A stretch of DNA of 64,000 nt. Source: Eledone cirrhosa. Lineage: Eukaryota. Positions 25,781 to 39,136 of this stretch are shown piece after piece. Where the stretch lies: assembly GCA_964016885.1 (NCBI GenBank), contig CAXHJY010001184.1, forward strand, positions 32,147 to 96,146, given 5' to 3'. A model generated the notes under the pieces. The model did no database searches. It saw only the letters and a program-made list of their open reading frames with translations, and was not told the DNA's origin. Both the position numbers and the translations under genes were made by a program. Each line of letters starts with the position of its first letter. Position 1 is the first letter of the stretch.

Positions 25781-27711
25781 ATTATTTTTATATTATTATG
25801 TGAGGTCAACTTTTCCTTTCATCCATTTGAGGTCAAATATGGGGGCCGATTCTTCCTCTAATTTCTTTTTCTCACTTCCTTTCTCTTCCTCTCTATCCTT
25901 CTCGGGAAGAAATCTGCTGCATTCTGACCTCGAGAGAAGAGGAACTCAGCTAGATTTAAGAAATGCCCTAAGATGCGCTGTATATCAAAATAGTGCCCCT
26001 ACAATTCCCTTGGGAGTTATGGGTCCATACCATATACACATATTATTATGGCCCTTTATGTTCTCAGTTCAAATCCCACCGAGGCCGTTAATAAAATACA
26101 GAACCAGTAATGTACTGGGTCAATGCAATCAATTTTTTCCTCCACTCAAATTGCTGGCCAAAATTGAAGTAATTTTTATTTTGTTTTGTTTTTCATTAAT
26201 TTACTATTCTTAAAAATTTTACAATTTTTTTATTATCACTTTTAATTTTATCATTTAATTACTTTTTTTTATACTATTTCATTATTTTTCTTATACAATT
26301 TTATTACTTTACTTGTAGACATGTTATTAACAATGATGACAATAATATTTTCCCTTCCCTCAAAATTGTTGGCCTTATGCCTAAGTCAGAAACCAATAGT
26401 ATTGAACATATTTAATTTTTGGAGTCCAGGATTAGTATGCCATATATACCAGGATTACTGGATATATAAACAATTACAAAAACTGAGAAATTTGGGTTTT
26501 GATAAATTTATGCTCTGCATAAGAGAAACCCTACAGTTTATGTTGATTACTGACACATAGATATGATTAGCAATAAGAATGATGTTTTAAATAATTTATT
26601 TCTAGGATAAGTTACAAAAATGTTCAGCATGTATGTGCAAATGACATACAGGATTAAATGTATGAGAAACTTGGAGAAATAACTATTTACAGGGATAAAT
26701 GTAGGGATAAAACCTTGTGATTAGAAAGTTAATTTCTTATTGTAGTGATATGACTGAAGTAAGAAATGCATTGCATATGTGAGTGTACATTTTAAAGAAT
26801 TACAGATATATAAGTATACAAACACATGTGGTGTAATATTGTGGTTGATATTATTTTAGTGAATGCATGTGGTTTAGTGGTCGTCCTTCATGAGTTCATT
26901 GGTTCAATTCCTGGACCCAGTGGCTCAGTGTGTTCTTGAGCAAGACATTATTTTCCAATCCTCCAACAGTTCACTCAACTGGCAAAAGAAGTTGTACATG
27001 TAATTCAAAGGACCAACCATGTTACACACTGTGTCATGCTGAATCTCCCTGAGAATTAGGTTAATGATGCCTCTCATCCTTCTGAGGTTGTTATAAAATC
27101 AAGTACCAGGGTTGATCTAATCAATTTAGTCCCCTTTTCACAAACTGCAGGCCTTGTGTTTAAATCAGAAATCATTACTAAAGTCAGTATTCGGCTAAGG
27201 TAAACTTTATCTTTCATCTTTTTTTGAGATTAATAAAGTAAAGTACCAGTGATGTACTGGGGTTAACTTAATAAATTTACCAGATTTACCAACATTGCTG
27301 ACCTTCAGTTTAAAAGTCTAAAGTCTGTCTCGAGCCTGGAGGCTCATCAGGCAGGTGCTTATCCTGGTTTCTGTGGCATTAAAGGATGTGAGAGTACAAG
27401 ACTACCCCCAGGACAGGACTCCAGTCTTTTGTAGAGTTAAACTCCCAGCTACTGTTGGTATGCATTTTCAGTTGAGTATACTGGACTTTTACGAAGTGCT
27501 GAGGTGATAAAGTTTATATAAAGAATGATGTGCTCATGCACAAAGATGCTATAAATAGCTTATAAAATTAGGGAAGACCCTTAACGATAGAAAAAGATGT
27601 TCTATTTGGCTGCTAAGAGGAATCTGGAAGATATGGGGTTTGAGTCCTTATAGTGGCTGATGGCAATTTCTTTTTCCTTCTTTAAAGGTATTTGCTCCAT
27701 TTTATAAACTA

Positions 27712-28351
27712 CTAGCAGTGGTACCTGGCGTTGCACAGCATAAGGTATTTTGGAATGCGGGCCGCCAACAGACCTAATCATGGAAAAACTGCATGCCTGG
27801 ACAATATGTAAAGAAAATAAACTGAATACTCTGATAGCTGGATAATCTTTAAGATTTTCCTCGATGAAGCAGGAAAAATGCAGGTTTTCACCTAAGGCGG
27901 ATCAAGAAAATGAATTTTTTATGTGCATAATATGCCTTGAAATTTCGGGAAAATCGGCTAGACGTAAAGTCTCAAAAAAGCCCTAAAAAGCTAAAAATAT
28001 GAAGTTCTTCACCAATGAAGTTTTAATGCAGGCCCTAGGCCATAAAAAGTTGGATTTTCTTTGCTCACGGTATGAAGAAGAGACTGACTAATGCATAGTT
28101 ACAATTTCAAGGAAATTGGTCTGACGTAACGCCTCAAAAGAACCCCTAAAAAGCTGAAAAAAAAAAATGCAGTTTTTCACCTAATCTAAGAGATTAAAAA
28201 TTTGAATTTTTTCATGTGCATAACACTCCCTGAAACATAAGTAATACACATGTAAAGTTTGAAAAAAGTCGGTTGGGTACTTCTCGAGTTTTAGGGATTG
28301 AAACTCACAGACACACACACAGACAGACATCCTCAGTTTTATATATATAGA
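27712..28351 (-). mobile_element. Non-autonomous Helitron
   Basis: Minus strand A|TCTATATATATAAAAC ... gtgcaacgccaggtaccactgCTAG|T: 5' TC, 3' CTAG, A|T target, (CTGT/GT)n near the 5' end. Confidence 0.8.
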
Positions 28352-28409
28352 TTATGTCACATTTTCACACATGAGCACACCATTCTATATATAGATAATA
28401 ATAATAATA

Positions 28410-28810
28410 ATTTCTACTATAGGAACAAGGTCAGCAATTTTTGGGGAGGGGGAAAGTCGATTAAATCTACCCCAGTGCATTACTGGTACTTTATTTTATC
28501 GACCCAGTGAAGATGAAAGGCAAAGATGTCTAGAGTCTAAACTAAAAATCATTATTGGCAGTATCTTGCTGAAGTCAACTTTGTTTTTCATCCTTCTGAG
28601 TTTGATGAAATAAAGTACTTGTCAAGTACTGGAGTACATTTTATATACTGACTCCCATCTCTCCAAATTTCTGTCCTTGTCCCTACATTAGAAAATATTA
28701 TTTTATCTGAGGGTTAACTTTGCCTTTCATCCTTACGGGGTCGATAAAACAAAGTACCAGTAATACACTGGAATAATTGCTGGCCTTGAGCCAAAAGTAG
28801 AAACAATTAT
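28410..28810. mobile_element. SINE fragments in both orientations
   Basis: Same catccttacggggtcgataaaa body. Confidence 0.7.
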
Positions 28811-28937
28811 TTTATTATAATTCTTTTATTATTTCATTGTTATTTTGTATTTTTTATTTGTTTTGTGAAATATTAATTCCCTGAAGTAAGTAATTATATT
28901 TCCTTCCTTATCTCATATACAAATACATGTATACCCA

Positions 28938-29002
<65 letters not shown>

Positions 29003-29138
29003 ATTTATATATATGTACACTCACATACATTATATATATATATATACATATACTCACTCACACATGCACACACACACATATGTATTTATATATATGTACA
29101 CTCACATACATTATATATATATACATATACTCACACGC

Positions 29139-29213
<75 letters not shown>

Positions 29214-29338
29214 CTTTTCTCCTACCAAGCTGCTGGAATTTTGATTAAAACTGAAATTACACACAATATTTTTTACAACATGGATGCAAAATTTCAGAGT
29301 TATCTTATCTACGTAATCAAAGGGGAAAATGTTCAATT

Positions 29339-29620
29339 AGCATGAATATATACATGTATATATATGTATATTAGCATGTATATACATGAATATATGCATG
29401 TATATATATATGTATATAAGCATGTATATACATGGATATATGCATGTATATATATGTATATAAGCATGTATATACATGAATATATGCATGTATATATATG
29501 TATATAAGCATGTATATACATGAATATATGCATGTATATATATGTATATAAGCATGTATATACATGAATATATGCATGTATATATATGTATATAAGCATG
29601 TATATACATAAATATATGCA
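29339..29620. repeat. 44-bp tandem repeat (~6 copies)
   Basis: Unit gcatgtatatacatgaatatatgcatgtatatatatgtatataa. Confidence 0.85.
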
Positions 29621-29856
29621 TGCATATACATCATCGTATCATTAAATCTGCATATTTGTGTTTTAACTGCTGTAGTAATGAAACGTGTGTGAATATACTC
29701 ATATACAAATATATGGTATATATCTGTATGTATGTGTTTGTATCTATATATAATTTGTTTGGGTGCATGTTTGTGTGTGTGTATATATAAGTATGTATGT
29801 ACATGATGTATGCGTGTATATGTATGTGTGCCAATTAATACAGCATATCCAATTAC

Positions 29857-29931
<75 letters not shown>

Positions 29932-30219
29932 TACGCACGTATATACATACATTTATATATATATATATATATATATATCAGTACGCACGTATATACATAC
30001 ATTTATATATATATATATTCGGAGGGGATTCCTTTTATGTTCCTCCCTTACTTACATCTTCATCTACAAACATACGTATAAACAAAAAAAAAAATGATTT
30101 AAAAAATGTATAGAGAGAGAGAGAGACTGTTAAGAACTCTTACAGAAAATGCTGTCAACAATTATTAGACAAAGAAAAATTTTTAAAACTTTATTTGGCA
30201 AAAGATGAAAAGGTTGAAA

Positions 30220-33200
30220 TGTTAGTGTTGGTGGTGTTGGTGTTGGTGTTGGTGGTGGTGATGTTGGTGGTGGTGATGGTGATGTTGGCGTTGGCGGTGG
30301 TGATGGTGGTGTTGGTGGTGGTGGTGTTGGTGGTGGTGATGGTGGTGTTGGTGATGGTGGTGTTGATGGTGGTGATGTTGGTGGTGATGGTGATGATGGT
30401 AATGGTAATGATGGTTGTATTGTTGTTGATGGTGGTGGTGAAGGTAGTGATGTTGGAGGTGGTGTTGATAGTGGTGATGTTGGTGGGGGTGGTGATGGTG
30501 TTGGTGGTGTGGTGGTGAGGGTATTGGTGGTGGTGTTGGTGGTGGTGGTAGTGATGTTGGTGGTGGTGTTGATAGTGATGTTGGTGGTGGTGGTGAGGGT
30601 ATTGGTGGTGGTGTTGGTGGTGGTGGTAGTGATGTTGGTGGTGGTGTTGATAGTGATGTTGGTGGTGGTGATGGTGTTGGTGGTGATGGTGTTGGTGGTG
30701 ATGATATTGGTGGTGATAGTATTGGTAGTGATGGTATTGGTGGTGGTGGTGGTATTGGTAGTGATGGTGTTGGTGGTGATGATATTGGTGGTGATAGTAT
30801 TGGTGGTGATGGTATTGGTGGTGATGGTATTGGTGGTGATGGTATTGGTGGTGATGGTATTGGTGGTGATGGTGTTGGTGGTGATGGTATTGGTGGTGAT
30901 GGTATTGGTGGTGATGGTATTGGTGGTGATGGTATTGGTGGTGATGGTGTTGGTGGTGATGGTGTTGGTGGTGATGGTATTGGTGGTGATGGTATTGATG
31001 GTGTTGGTGGTGATGGTGTTGGTGGTGATGGTGTTGGTGGTGATGGTATTGGTGTTGGTGGTGATGGTGTTGGTGGTGATGGTATTGGTGGTGATAGTAT
31101 TGGTGGTGATGGTATTGGTGGTGATAGTATTGGTGGTGATGGTATTGGTGGTGATGGTATTGGTGGTGATGGTGTTGGTGGTGATGGTGTTGGTGGTGAT
31201 GGTGTTGGTGGTGATGGTATTGGTGGTGATGGTGTTGGTGGTGATGGTGTTGGTGGTGATGGCATTGGTGGTGATGGTGTTGGTGGTGATGGTGTTGGTG
31301 GTGATGGTATTGGTGGTGATGGTGTTGGTGGTGATGGTGTTGGTGGTGATGGTATTGGTGGTGGTGGTGTTGGTGGTGATGGTGTTGGTGGTGATGGTAT
31401 TGGTGGTGGTGGTATTGGTAGTGATGGTATTGGTGGTGGTGGTGTTGGTGGTGATGGTATTGGTGGTGGTGGTGTTGGTGGTGATGGTGTTGGTGGTGAT
31501 GGTATTGGTGGTGATGGTATTGGTGGTGATGGTATTGGTGGTGATGGTGTTGGTGGTGATGGTGTTGGTGGTGATGGTGTTGGTGGTGATGGTATTGGTG
31601 GTGATGGTATTGGTGGTGATGGTATTGGTGGTGGTGGTATTGGTAGTGATGGTATTGGTGGTGGTGGTGTTGGTGGTGATGGTATTGGTGGTGGTGGTGT
31701 TGGTGGTGATGGTGTTGGTGGTGATGGTATTGGTGGTGATGGTGTTGGTGGTGATGGTGTTGGTAGTGATGGTGTTGGTGGTGATGGTGTTGGTGGTGAT
31801 GGTATTGGTGGTGGTGGTGTTGGTGGTGATGGTATTGGTGGTGATGGTATTGGTGGTGATGGTATTGGTGGTGATGGTGTTGGTGGTGATGGTGTTGGTG
31901 GTGATGGTGTTGGTGGTGATGGTATTGGTGGTGGTGGTGTTGGTGGTGATGGTGTTGGTGGTGATGGTGTTGGTGGTGATGGTATTGGTGGTGGTGGTAT
32001 TGGTAGTGATGGTATTGGTGGTGGTGGTGTTGGTGGTGATGGTATTGGTGGTGGTGGTATTGGTAGTGATGGTATTGGTGGTGGTGGTGTTGGTGGTGAT
32101 GGTATTGGTGGTGGTGGTGTTGGTGGTGATGGTATTGGTGGTGATGGTGTTGGTAGTGATGGTATTGGTGGTGATGGTGTTGGTGGTGGTGGTATTGGTA
32201 GTGATGGTATTGGTGGTGGTGGTGTTGGTGGTGATGGTATTGGTGGTGGTGGTGTTGGTGGTGATGGTATTGGTGGTGATGGTATTGGTGGTGATGGTGT
32301 TGGTGGTGATGGTGTTGGTGGTGGTGGTATTGGTAGTGATGGTATTGGTGGTGGTGGTGTTGGTGGTGATGGTATTGGTGGTGGTGGTGTTGGTGGTGAT
32401 GGTATTGGTGGTGGTGGTATTGGTAGTGATGGTATTGGTGGTGGTGGTGTTGGTGGTGATGGTATTGGTGGTGGTGGTATTGGTAGTGATGGTATTGGTG
32501 GTGGTGGTGTTGGTGGTGATGGTATTGGTGGTGATGTTATTGGTGGTGGTGGTATTGGTAGTGATGGTATTGGTGGTGGTGGTATTGGTAGTGATGGTAT
32601 TGGTGGTGGTGGTGTTGGTGGTGATGGTATTGGTGGTGGTGGTATTGGTAGTGATGGTATTGGTGGTGGTGGTGTTGGTGGTGATGGTATTGGTGGTGGT
32701 GGTGTTGGTGGTGATGGTGTTGGTGGTGATGGTATTGGTGGTGATGGTGTTGGTGGTGATGGTATTGGTGGTGATGGTATTGGTGGTGATGGTATTGGTG
32801 GTGATGGTGTTGGTGGTGATGGTATTGGTGGTGATGGTGTTGGTGGTGATGGTGTTGGTGGTGATGGTATTGGTGGTGGTGGTGTTGGTGGTGATGGTGT
32901 TGGTGGTGATGGTGTTGGTGGTGATGGTATTGGTGGTGATGGTGTTGGTGGTGATGGTGTTGGTAGTGATGGTGTTGGTGGTGATGGTGTTGGTGGTGAT
33001 GGTGTTGGTGGTGATGGTATTGGTGGTGATGGTGTTGGTGGTGATGGTGTTGGTAGTGATGGTATTGGTGGTGGTGGTGTTGGTGGTGATGGTGTTGGTG
33101 GTGGTGGTGTTGGTGGTGATGGTATTGGTGGTGGTGGTATTGGTGGTGATGGTGTTAGTGGTGATGGTATTGGTGGTGATGGTATTGGTGGTGATGGTAT

Positions 33201-36200
33201 TGGTGGTGGTGGTGTTGGTGGTGATGGTGTTGGTAGTGATGGTATTGGTGGTGATGGTGTTGGTGGTGATGGTGTTGGTGGTGATGGTGTTGGTGGTGAT
33301 GGTGTTGGTGGTGATGGTATTGGTGGTGATGGTATTGGTGGTGATGGTGTTGGTGGTGATGGTGTTGGTGGTGATGGTGTTGGTGGTGATGGTATTGGTG
33401 GTGATGGTGTTGGTGGTGATGGTGTTGGTGGTGATGGTGTTGGTGGTGATGGTATTGGTGGTGGTGGTGTTGGTGGTGATGGTATTGGTGGTGATGGTAT
33501 TGGTGGTGATGGTGTTGGTGGTGATGGTGTTGGTGGTGATGGTATTGGTGGTGGTGGTGTTGGTGGTGATGGTATTGGTGGTGATGGTATTGGTGGTGAT
33601 GGTGTTGGTGGTGATGGTGTTGGTGGTGATGGTATTGGTGGTGGTGGTGTTGGTGGTGATGGTATTGGTGGTGATGGTATTGGTGGTGATGGTGTTGGTG
33701 GTGATGGTGTTGGTGGTGATGGTATTGGTGGTGGTGGTGTTGGTGGTGATGGTATTGGTGGTGATGGTGTTGGTGGTGATGGTGTTGGTGGTGATGGTGT
33801 TGGTGGTGATGGTATTGGTGGTGATGGTGTTGGTGGTGATGGTGTTGGTGGTGATGGTATTGGTGGTGATGGTGTTGGTGGTGATGGTGTTGGTGGTGAT
33901 GGTGTTGGTGGTGATGGTATTGGTGGTGGTGGTGTTGGTGGTGATGGTGTTGGTGGTGATGGTGTTGGTGGTGATGGTATTGGTGGTGATGGTATTGGTG
34001 GTGATGGTGTTGGTGGTGATGGTGTTGGTAGTGATGGTGTTGGTGGTGATGGTGTTGGTGGTGATGGTGTTGGTGGTGATGGTGTTGGTGGTGATGGTAT
34101 TGGTGGTGATGGTGTTGGTGGTGATGGTGTTGGTAGTGATGGTATTGGTGGTGGTGGTGTTGGTGGTGATGGTGTTGGTGGTGGTGGTGTTGGTGGTGAT
34201 GGTATTGGTGGTGGTGGTATTGGTGGTGATGGTGTTGGTGGTGATGGTATTGGTGGTGATGGTATTGGTGGTGATGGTATTGGTGGTGGTGGTGATGGTG
34301 TTGGTAGTGATGGTATTGGTGGTGGTGGTGTTGGTGGTGATGGTGTTGGTGGTGATGGTGTTGGTGGTGATGGTGTTGGTGGTGATGGTGTTGGTAGTGA
34401 TGGTATTGGTGGTGGTGGTGTTGGTGGTGATGGTGTTGGTGGTGATGGTGTTGGTGGTGATGGTATTGGTGGTGATGGTATTGGTGGTGATGGTATTGGT
34501 GGTGGTGGTATTGGTAGTGATGGTGTTGGTGGTGATGGTGTTGGTGGTGATGGTGTTGGTGGTGATGGTGTTGGTAGTGATGGTATTGGTGGTGGTGGTG
34601 TTGGTGGTGATGGTGTTGGTGGTGATGGTGTCGGTGGTGATGGTATTGGTGGTGATGGTGTTGGTGGTGATGGTATTGGTAGTGATGGTATTGGTGGTGG
34701 TGGTGTTGGTGGTGATGGTGTTGGTGGTGATGGTGGTGATGTTATTGGTGGTGATGGTATTGGTGGTGATGGTGTTGGTGGTGATGGTGTTGGTAGTGAT
34801 GGTATTGGTGGTGGTGGTGTTGGTGGTGATTGTGTTGGTGGTGATGGTGGTGATGGTATTGGTGGTGATGGTATTGGTGGTGATGGTATTGGTGGTGGTG
34901 GTATTGGTAGTGATGGTATTGGTGGTGGTGGTGTTGGTGGTGATGGTATTGGTGGTGGTGGTGATGGTGTTGGTAGTGATGGTATTGGTGGTGGTGGTGT
35001 TGGTGGTGATGGTGGTGGTGGTATTGGTAGTGATGGTATTGGTGGTGGTGGTGTTGGTGGTGATGGTATTGGTGGTGATGGTGTTGGTGGTGATGGTATT
35101 GGTGGTGATGGTATTGGTGGTGATGGTGTTGGTGGTGATGGTGTTGGTGTTGGTGGTGATGGTGTTGGTGGTGATGGTATTGGTGGTGATGGTATTGGTG
35201 GTGGTGGTGTTGGTGGTGATGGTGTTGGTGGTGATGGTGTTGGTGGTGATGGTATTGGTGGTGATGGTGTTGGTCGTGATGGTATTGGTGGTGGTGGTAT
35301 TGGTGGTGATGGTGTTGGTGGTGATGGTATTGGTGGTGATGGTATTGGTAGTGATGGTATTGGTGGTGGTGGTGTTGGTGGTGATGGTATTGGTGGTGAT
35401 GGTAGTGATAGTGATGATGGCAATGGTAATGATGGTGGTGATGGTAGTGATGTTGGTGGTGGTGATGATGGTGGTGGTGGTGTTGGTGTTGGTGTTGGTG
35501 TTGGTGGTTTTAGTTTTAGTGATGGTGGTGATGATAGTGGTGGTGATGGTGTTGGTGGTGGTGTTGGTGGTTTTAGTTGTGGTAATGATGGTGCTAATGG
35601 TAGTGTTGGTGGTGGTGGTGTTGTTGGTGGTGGTGTTGTTGGTGGTTTTAGTGTTATTGGTAGTGATGGTTGTGTTGGTGGTGGTGGTGTTGGTGGTTTG
35701 GTGGTGGTGGTGGTGGTGGTGTTGGTGGTGGTGGTGGTGGTGGTGGTATTGGTGGCGATGGTGGTGGTGGTGGTGGTGTTGGTGGTGGTGTTGTTGATGG
35801 TGTTGTTGTTGGTGGTGTTTCTGGTGGTTTTAGTGTTACTGGTAGTGAGGGTGATGATGATGGTAATGATGGTGGTGATGATGGTGGTGGTGGTGATGAT
35901 GGTGGTGGTGATGATGGTGTTGGTGGTGCTGATGATGGTTTTGGTGGTGGTGGTGGTGATGATGGTTTTGGTGGTGGTGGTGGTGATGATGGTTTTAGTG
36001 GTGGTGGTGGTGGTGATGGTGGTGGTGGTGATGGTGGTGGTGGTGATGATGGTGTTGGTGGTGGTGATGATGACATCAATGGGGAAACTGGTAATAATGA
36101 TGTAAAATAACGAGAAATACATCAATTATAATTAAAACGAAGGTGACAATGATAACAGTAGTGAAGATGTTGTTGTTGTTGTTAGTGGTGGTAATGACAT

Positions 36201-36271
36201 TGGTCGTGGTTGTTATGGTAGAAGCAGTGTAGTGTTTGTGGTACTTTATGGTAGTATGGTGGTGGTGATAA

Positions 36272-36302
<31 letters not shown>

Positions 36303-37210
36303 AAGGATGATGATGATGATGGTGGTGATAATTATTATTATGATGATCATCAACCTCATGATCATAATGATGATGGTTTTCTGGTGGTAGTGTGATCATG
36401 ATGTCACTGGTAGTGTTAGTGGTGATGGTTATTATGATGGCAAATGATGATGATTATGGTGGAAATGATGATGATGATGATGATGATTATGGCAATGGTA
36501 ATGATTATGGTGGAAATGATGATGGTGGTGATGATGGTAATGATGATTATGACAATGATGATGATGATGATGGTAATGATTGTGATTATGATGATGATGG
36601 TGATCATGATGATAGTGATTATGATGATGATGGCAATGATGATGTTGATTATGATGATGGCAATGATGATGTTGATTATGAGGGCTAATGATATTGATGA
36701 TGATGGTTAATTAAACAATGGTCCCATTAACAATATTGCTGCTGCTGCTGTTGTTGCCGATGATGATGATGATGATGATGATTGTGATAAAATTGGGAGC
36801 TGGTGGGATGATAATACAGAATGTGTCGATGATGGCAATAAAAAATGGTGATGGTGATGATGATGATGATAATGGCGGTGATAGTGGTGATGATGATGAT
36901 GGTGATGTAGATGATGGTGGTGACGATGATGGTTATGAGGATGATGATGATGATGATCATCATCATGGTGATGATAGTGGTGGTGGTAGTGTTGGTGGGG
37001 ATGATGATGGTCATGGTGGTGATGGTGGTAGTGTTGGTTGTGGTGATGGTGATAGTAGCAGTGGTGGTGGTGGCGGTGATGATGATGAGGATTGTAGTGG
37101 TGATGATGGTGAAGATAGTGGCAGTGTTGGTGGTGGTAGTGTGGGTGGTGGTGATGATGGTAATGTTAATGACATAGATGATTGTGATGATGATGATTTT
37201 GATGGTGACC
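30220..37210. repeat. GGT/GAT-derived minisatellite with a 15-bp core array (~30660-35400)
   Basis: Unit GGT(G/A)TTGGT(G/A)GTG(A/G)T repeated ~300 times, grading into degenerate (GGT)n and (GAT)n. Confidence 0.95.
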
Positions 37211-38666
37211 ATCGATGGCCCTCGGAAGTCTCCCCCACCCCTATTGGGGAATTTTTCATTGTTCTTTTATTACATCCTCTGTTTTTTTTGTTTTTTTTTA
37301 CATGCAGAAATGCCCATTTGTACCGTCCTGTATTGTCCTGTACTGTCCTTAATGTCTACTTTGTGTTAACCCTTGTGGTTAATAAAGAAAGCATTATTAT
37401 CATTGTTATCATTATTATTATTATTATTATTAATTTTATGTTAAAACTAAAGAGGATGAAAACAATGGCAATGATTGGGATCATATTTCTTTTATCTTCC
37501 TTTTCCAAATCCATTTTCTTATTCACCCCAAACCCCCACTCCTTCTTGCAAGATCTCTACTATTACCCCACCATCACACACATACATATATCCCACCAGC
37601 AATCAATCAACCAACCAGCCACCAACCCAACCCTCTCATAGAACACCCCTTGCCTCGAACCCCCACCTCCCCAGTTCCTTGCTTGTAGTATATTTTACTC
37701 ATTATTGTTTTAACTTAAGAAATCACCATGCAAAAGATCGAGATAGCAAGCAGTTATTGAAGACATACGATTGTGTTGTGTTCATTTTGAAAACAACAAC
37801 AAAGAAAGACCAAAGGAGTTTTTCAGAGCATTATTTTCCGAATGCCGGCGAATGCTGTCTTAACAAATGCTCATAATAGTTATGTGATAACAACATATAG
37901 TTTGTTTTGAACTAATGTCACGCTAGAAACATCTAAGCCAAGAGGCACCATTGACAAGGGCACAATGTGTGTGTTAGAAGCTTTGGTATGTAAAAAGAAG
38001 AATCATTATTGAATGAACATTAATCAGTGGTCAGAACTGAATAGGAACGGTGAAGTGGTGGTGAAGGTGGTTGGAGGTAAGGGGTGGGTGGGAGGGAAGG
38101 AGAAGATAAAGAAGTCGCAGATTGTTATAAAGCTATATAGCATGTGTTCTGTTAGTAGTAGTAGTAGTAATATCTGCATCTGTTTGGCTTGTACCAATTA
38201 GCAGGGGATATGGAACAAAAGAAAATACCTTCTGAGAAACGAGAAAATGAGAACAACAACAGATTGTTCAATAGTGAAAGAAATTCTTCATTAATGGTTA
38301 TGGATCTAAACTAGCGACAACAATTGTTTGATGATAATAATAATAACAGCAATAGTATTAACAATAATAGTATTGTTAATAATAATGATGATGATTATGA
38401 GGAGGAGGAGGAGCAGAAGAAGAAAGTAGAGGAGGAGAAGAAGACAAAGGAGAAAGATGATGAGAATGAGGAGGACAAATTCTACTGATAATGTTAATAA
38501 TAGTAATAATGGATAGTTTGTGCTGGGACTCAGTAATATATATTTGGTTTGGTGTTGGGAAAGAAATTCAAGTTTTATACTTGAAATGTTTATAGTTGAA
38601 ATATAAACATTGAAGAAAGAGTCTTGAAGAGAGCCTTAAAGGAACTTTGGGGGAGTAGGGAATGTG

Positions 38667-39010
38667 TAATGGTAAGAGTGAGGGAGGGTTAATGAGTAAT
38701 GGTGAGAGAGAGGGAGGGTTAATGAGTAATGGTGAGAGAGGGAGGGTTAATGAGTAATGGTGAGAGAGAGAGGGTTAATGAGTAATGGTGAGAGAGAGGG
38801 AGGGTTAATGAGTAATGGTGAGAGAGAGGGAGGGTTAATGAGTAATGGTGAGAGAGAGGGAGGGTTAATGAGTAATGGTGAGAGAGAGGGAGGGGTAATG
38901 AGTAATGGTGAGAGAGAGGGAGGGGTAATGAGTAATGGTGAGAGAGAGGGAGGGAGGGAGGGGTAATGAGTAATGGTGAGAGAGAAGGGGGTAAAGGGTA
39001 ATGGTGAGAG
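38667..39010. repeat. ~30-bp purine-rich minisatellite
   Basis: Unit aatgagtaatggtgagagagagggagggtt, about 11 copies. Confidence 0.9.
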
Positions 39011-39136
39011 TGAATGAGGAAGAGAGAGAGGGAGAATGGAACAGAAGGAGAGTTACAAGGGTATAGATGAATAATTATGTATGTATCTATGTATATATAC
39101 TCACATATATATATGTATATATGTATTATCATGCAT

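Noticed and set aside
30222-36125. 1967-aa extensin-like ORF and the opposite-strand 1762-aa Val-rich ORF
   Set aside because: Both result from a stop-free trinucleotide-based repeat open in most frames; no non-repetitive domain or splice support.
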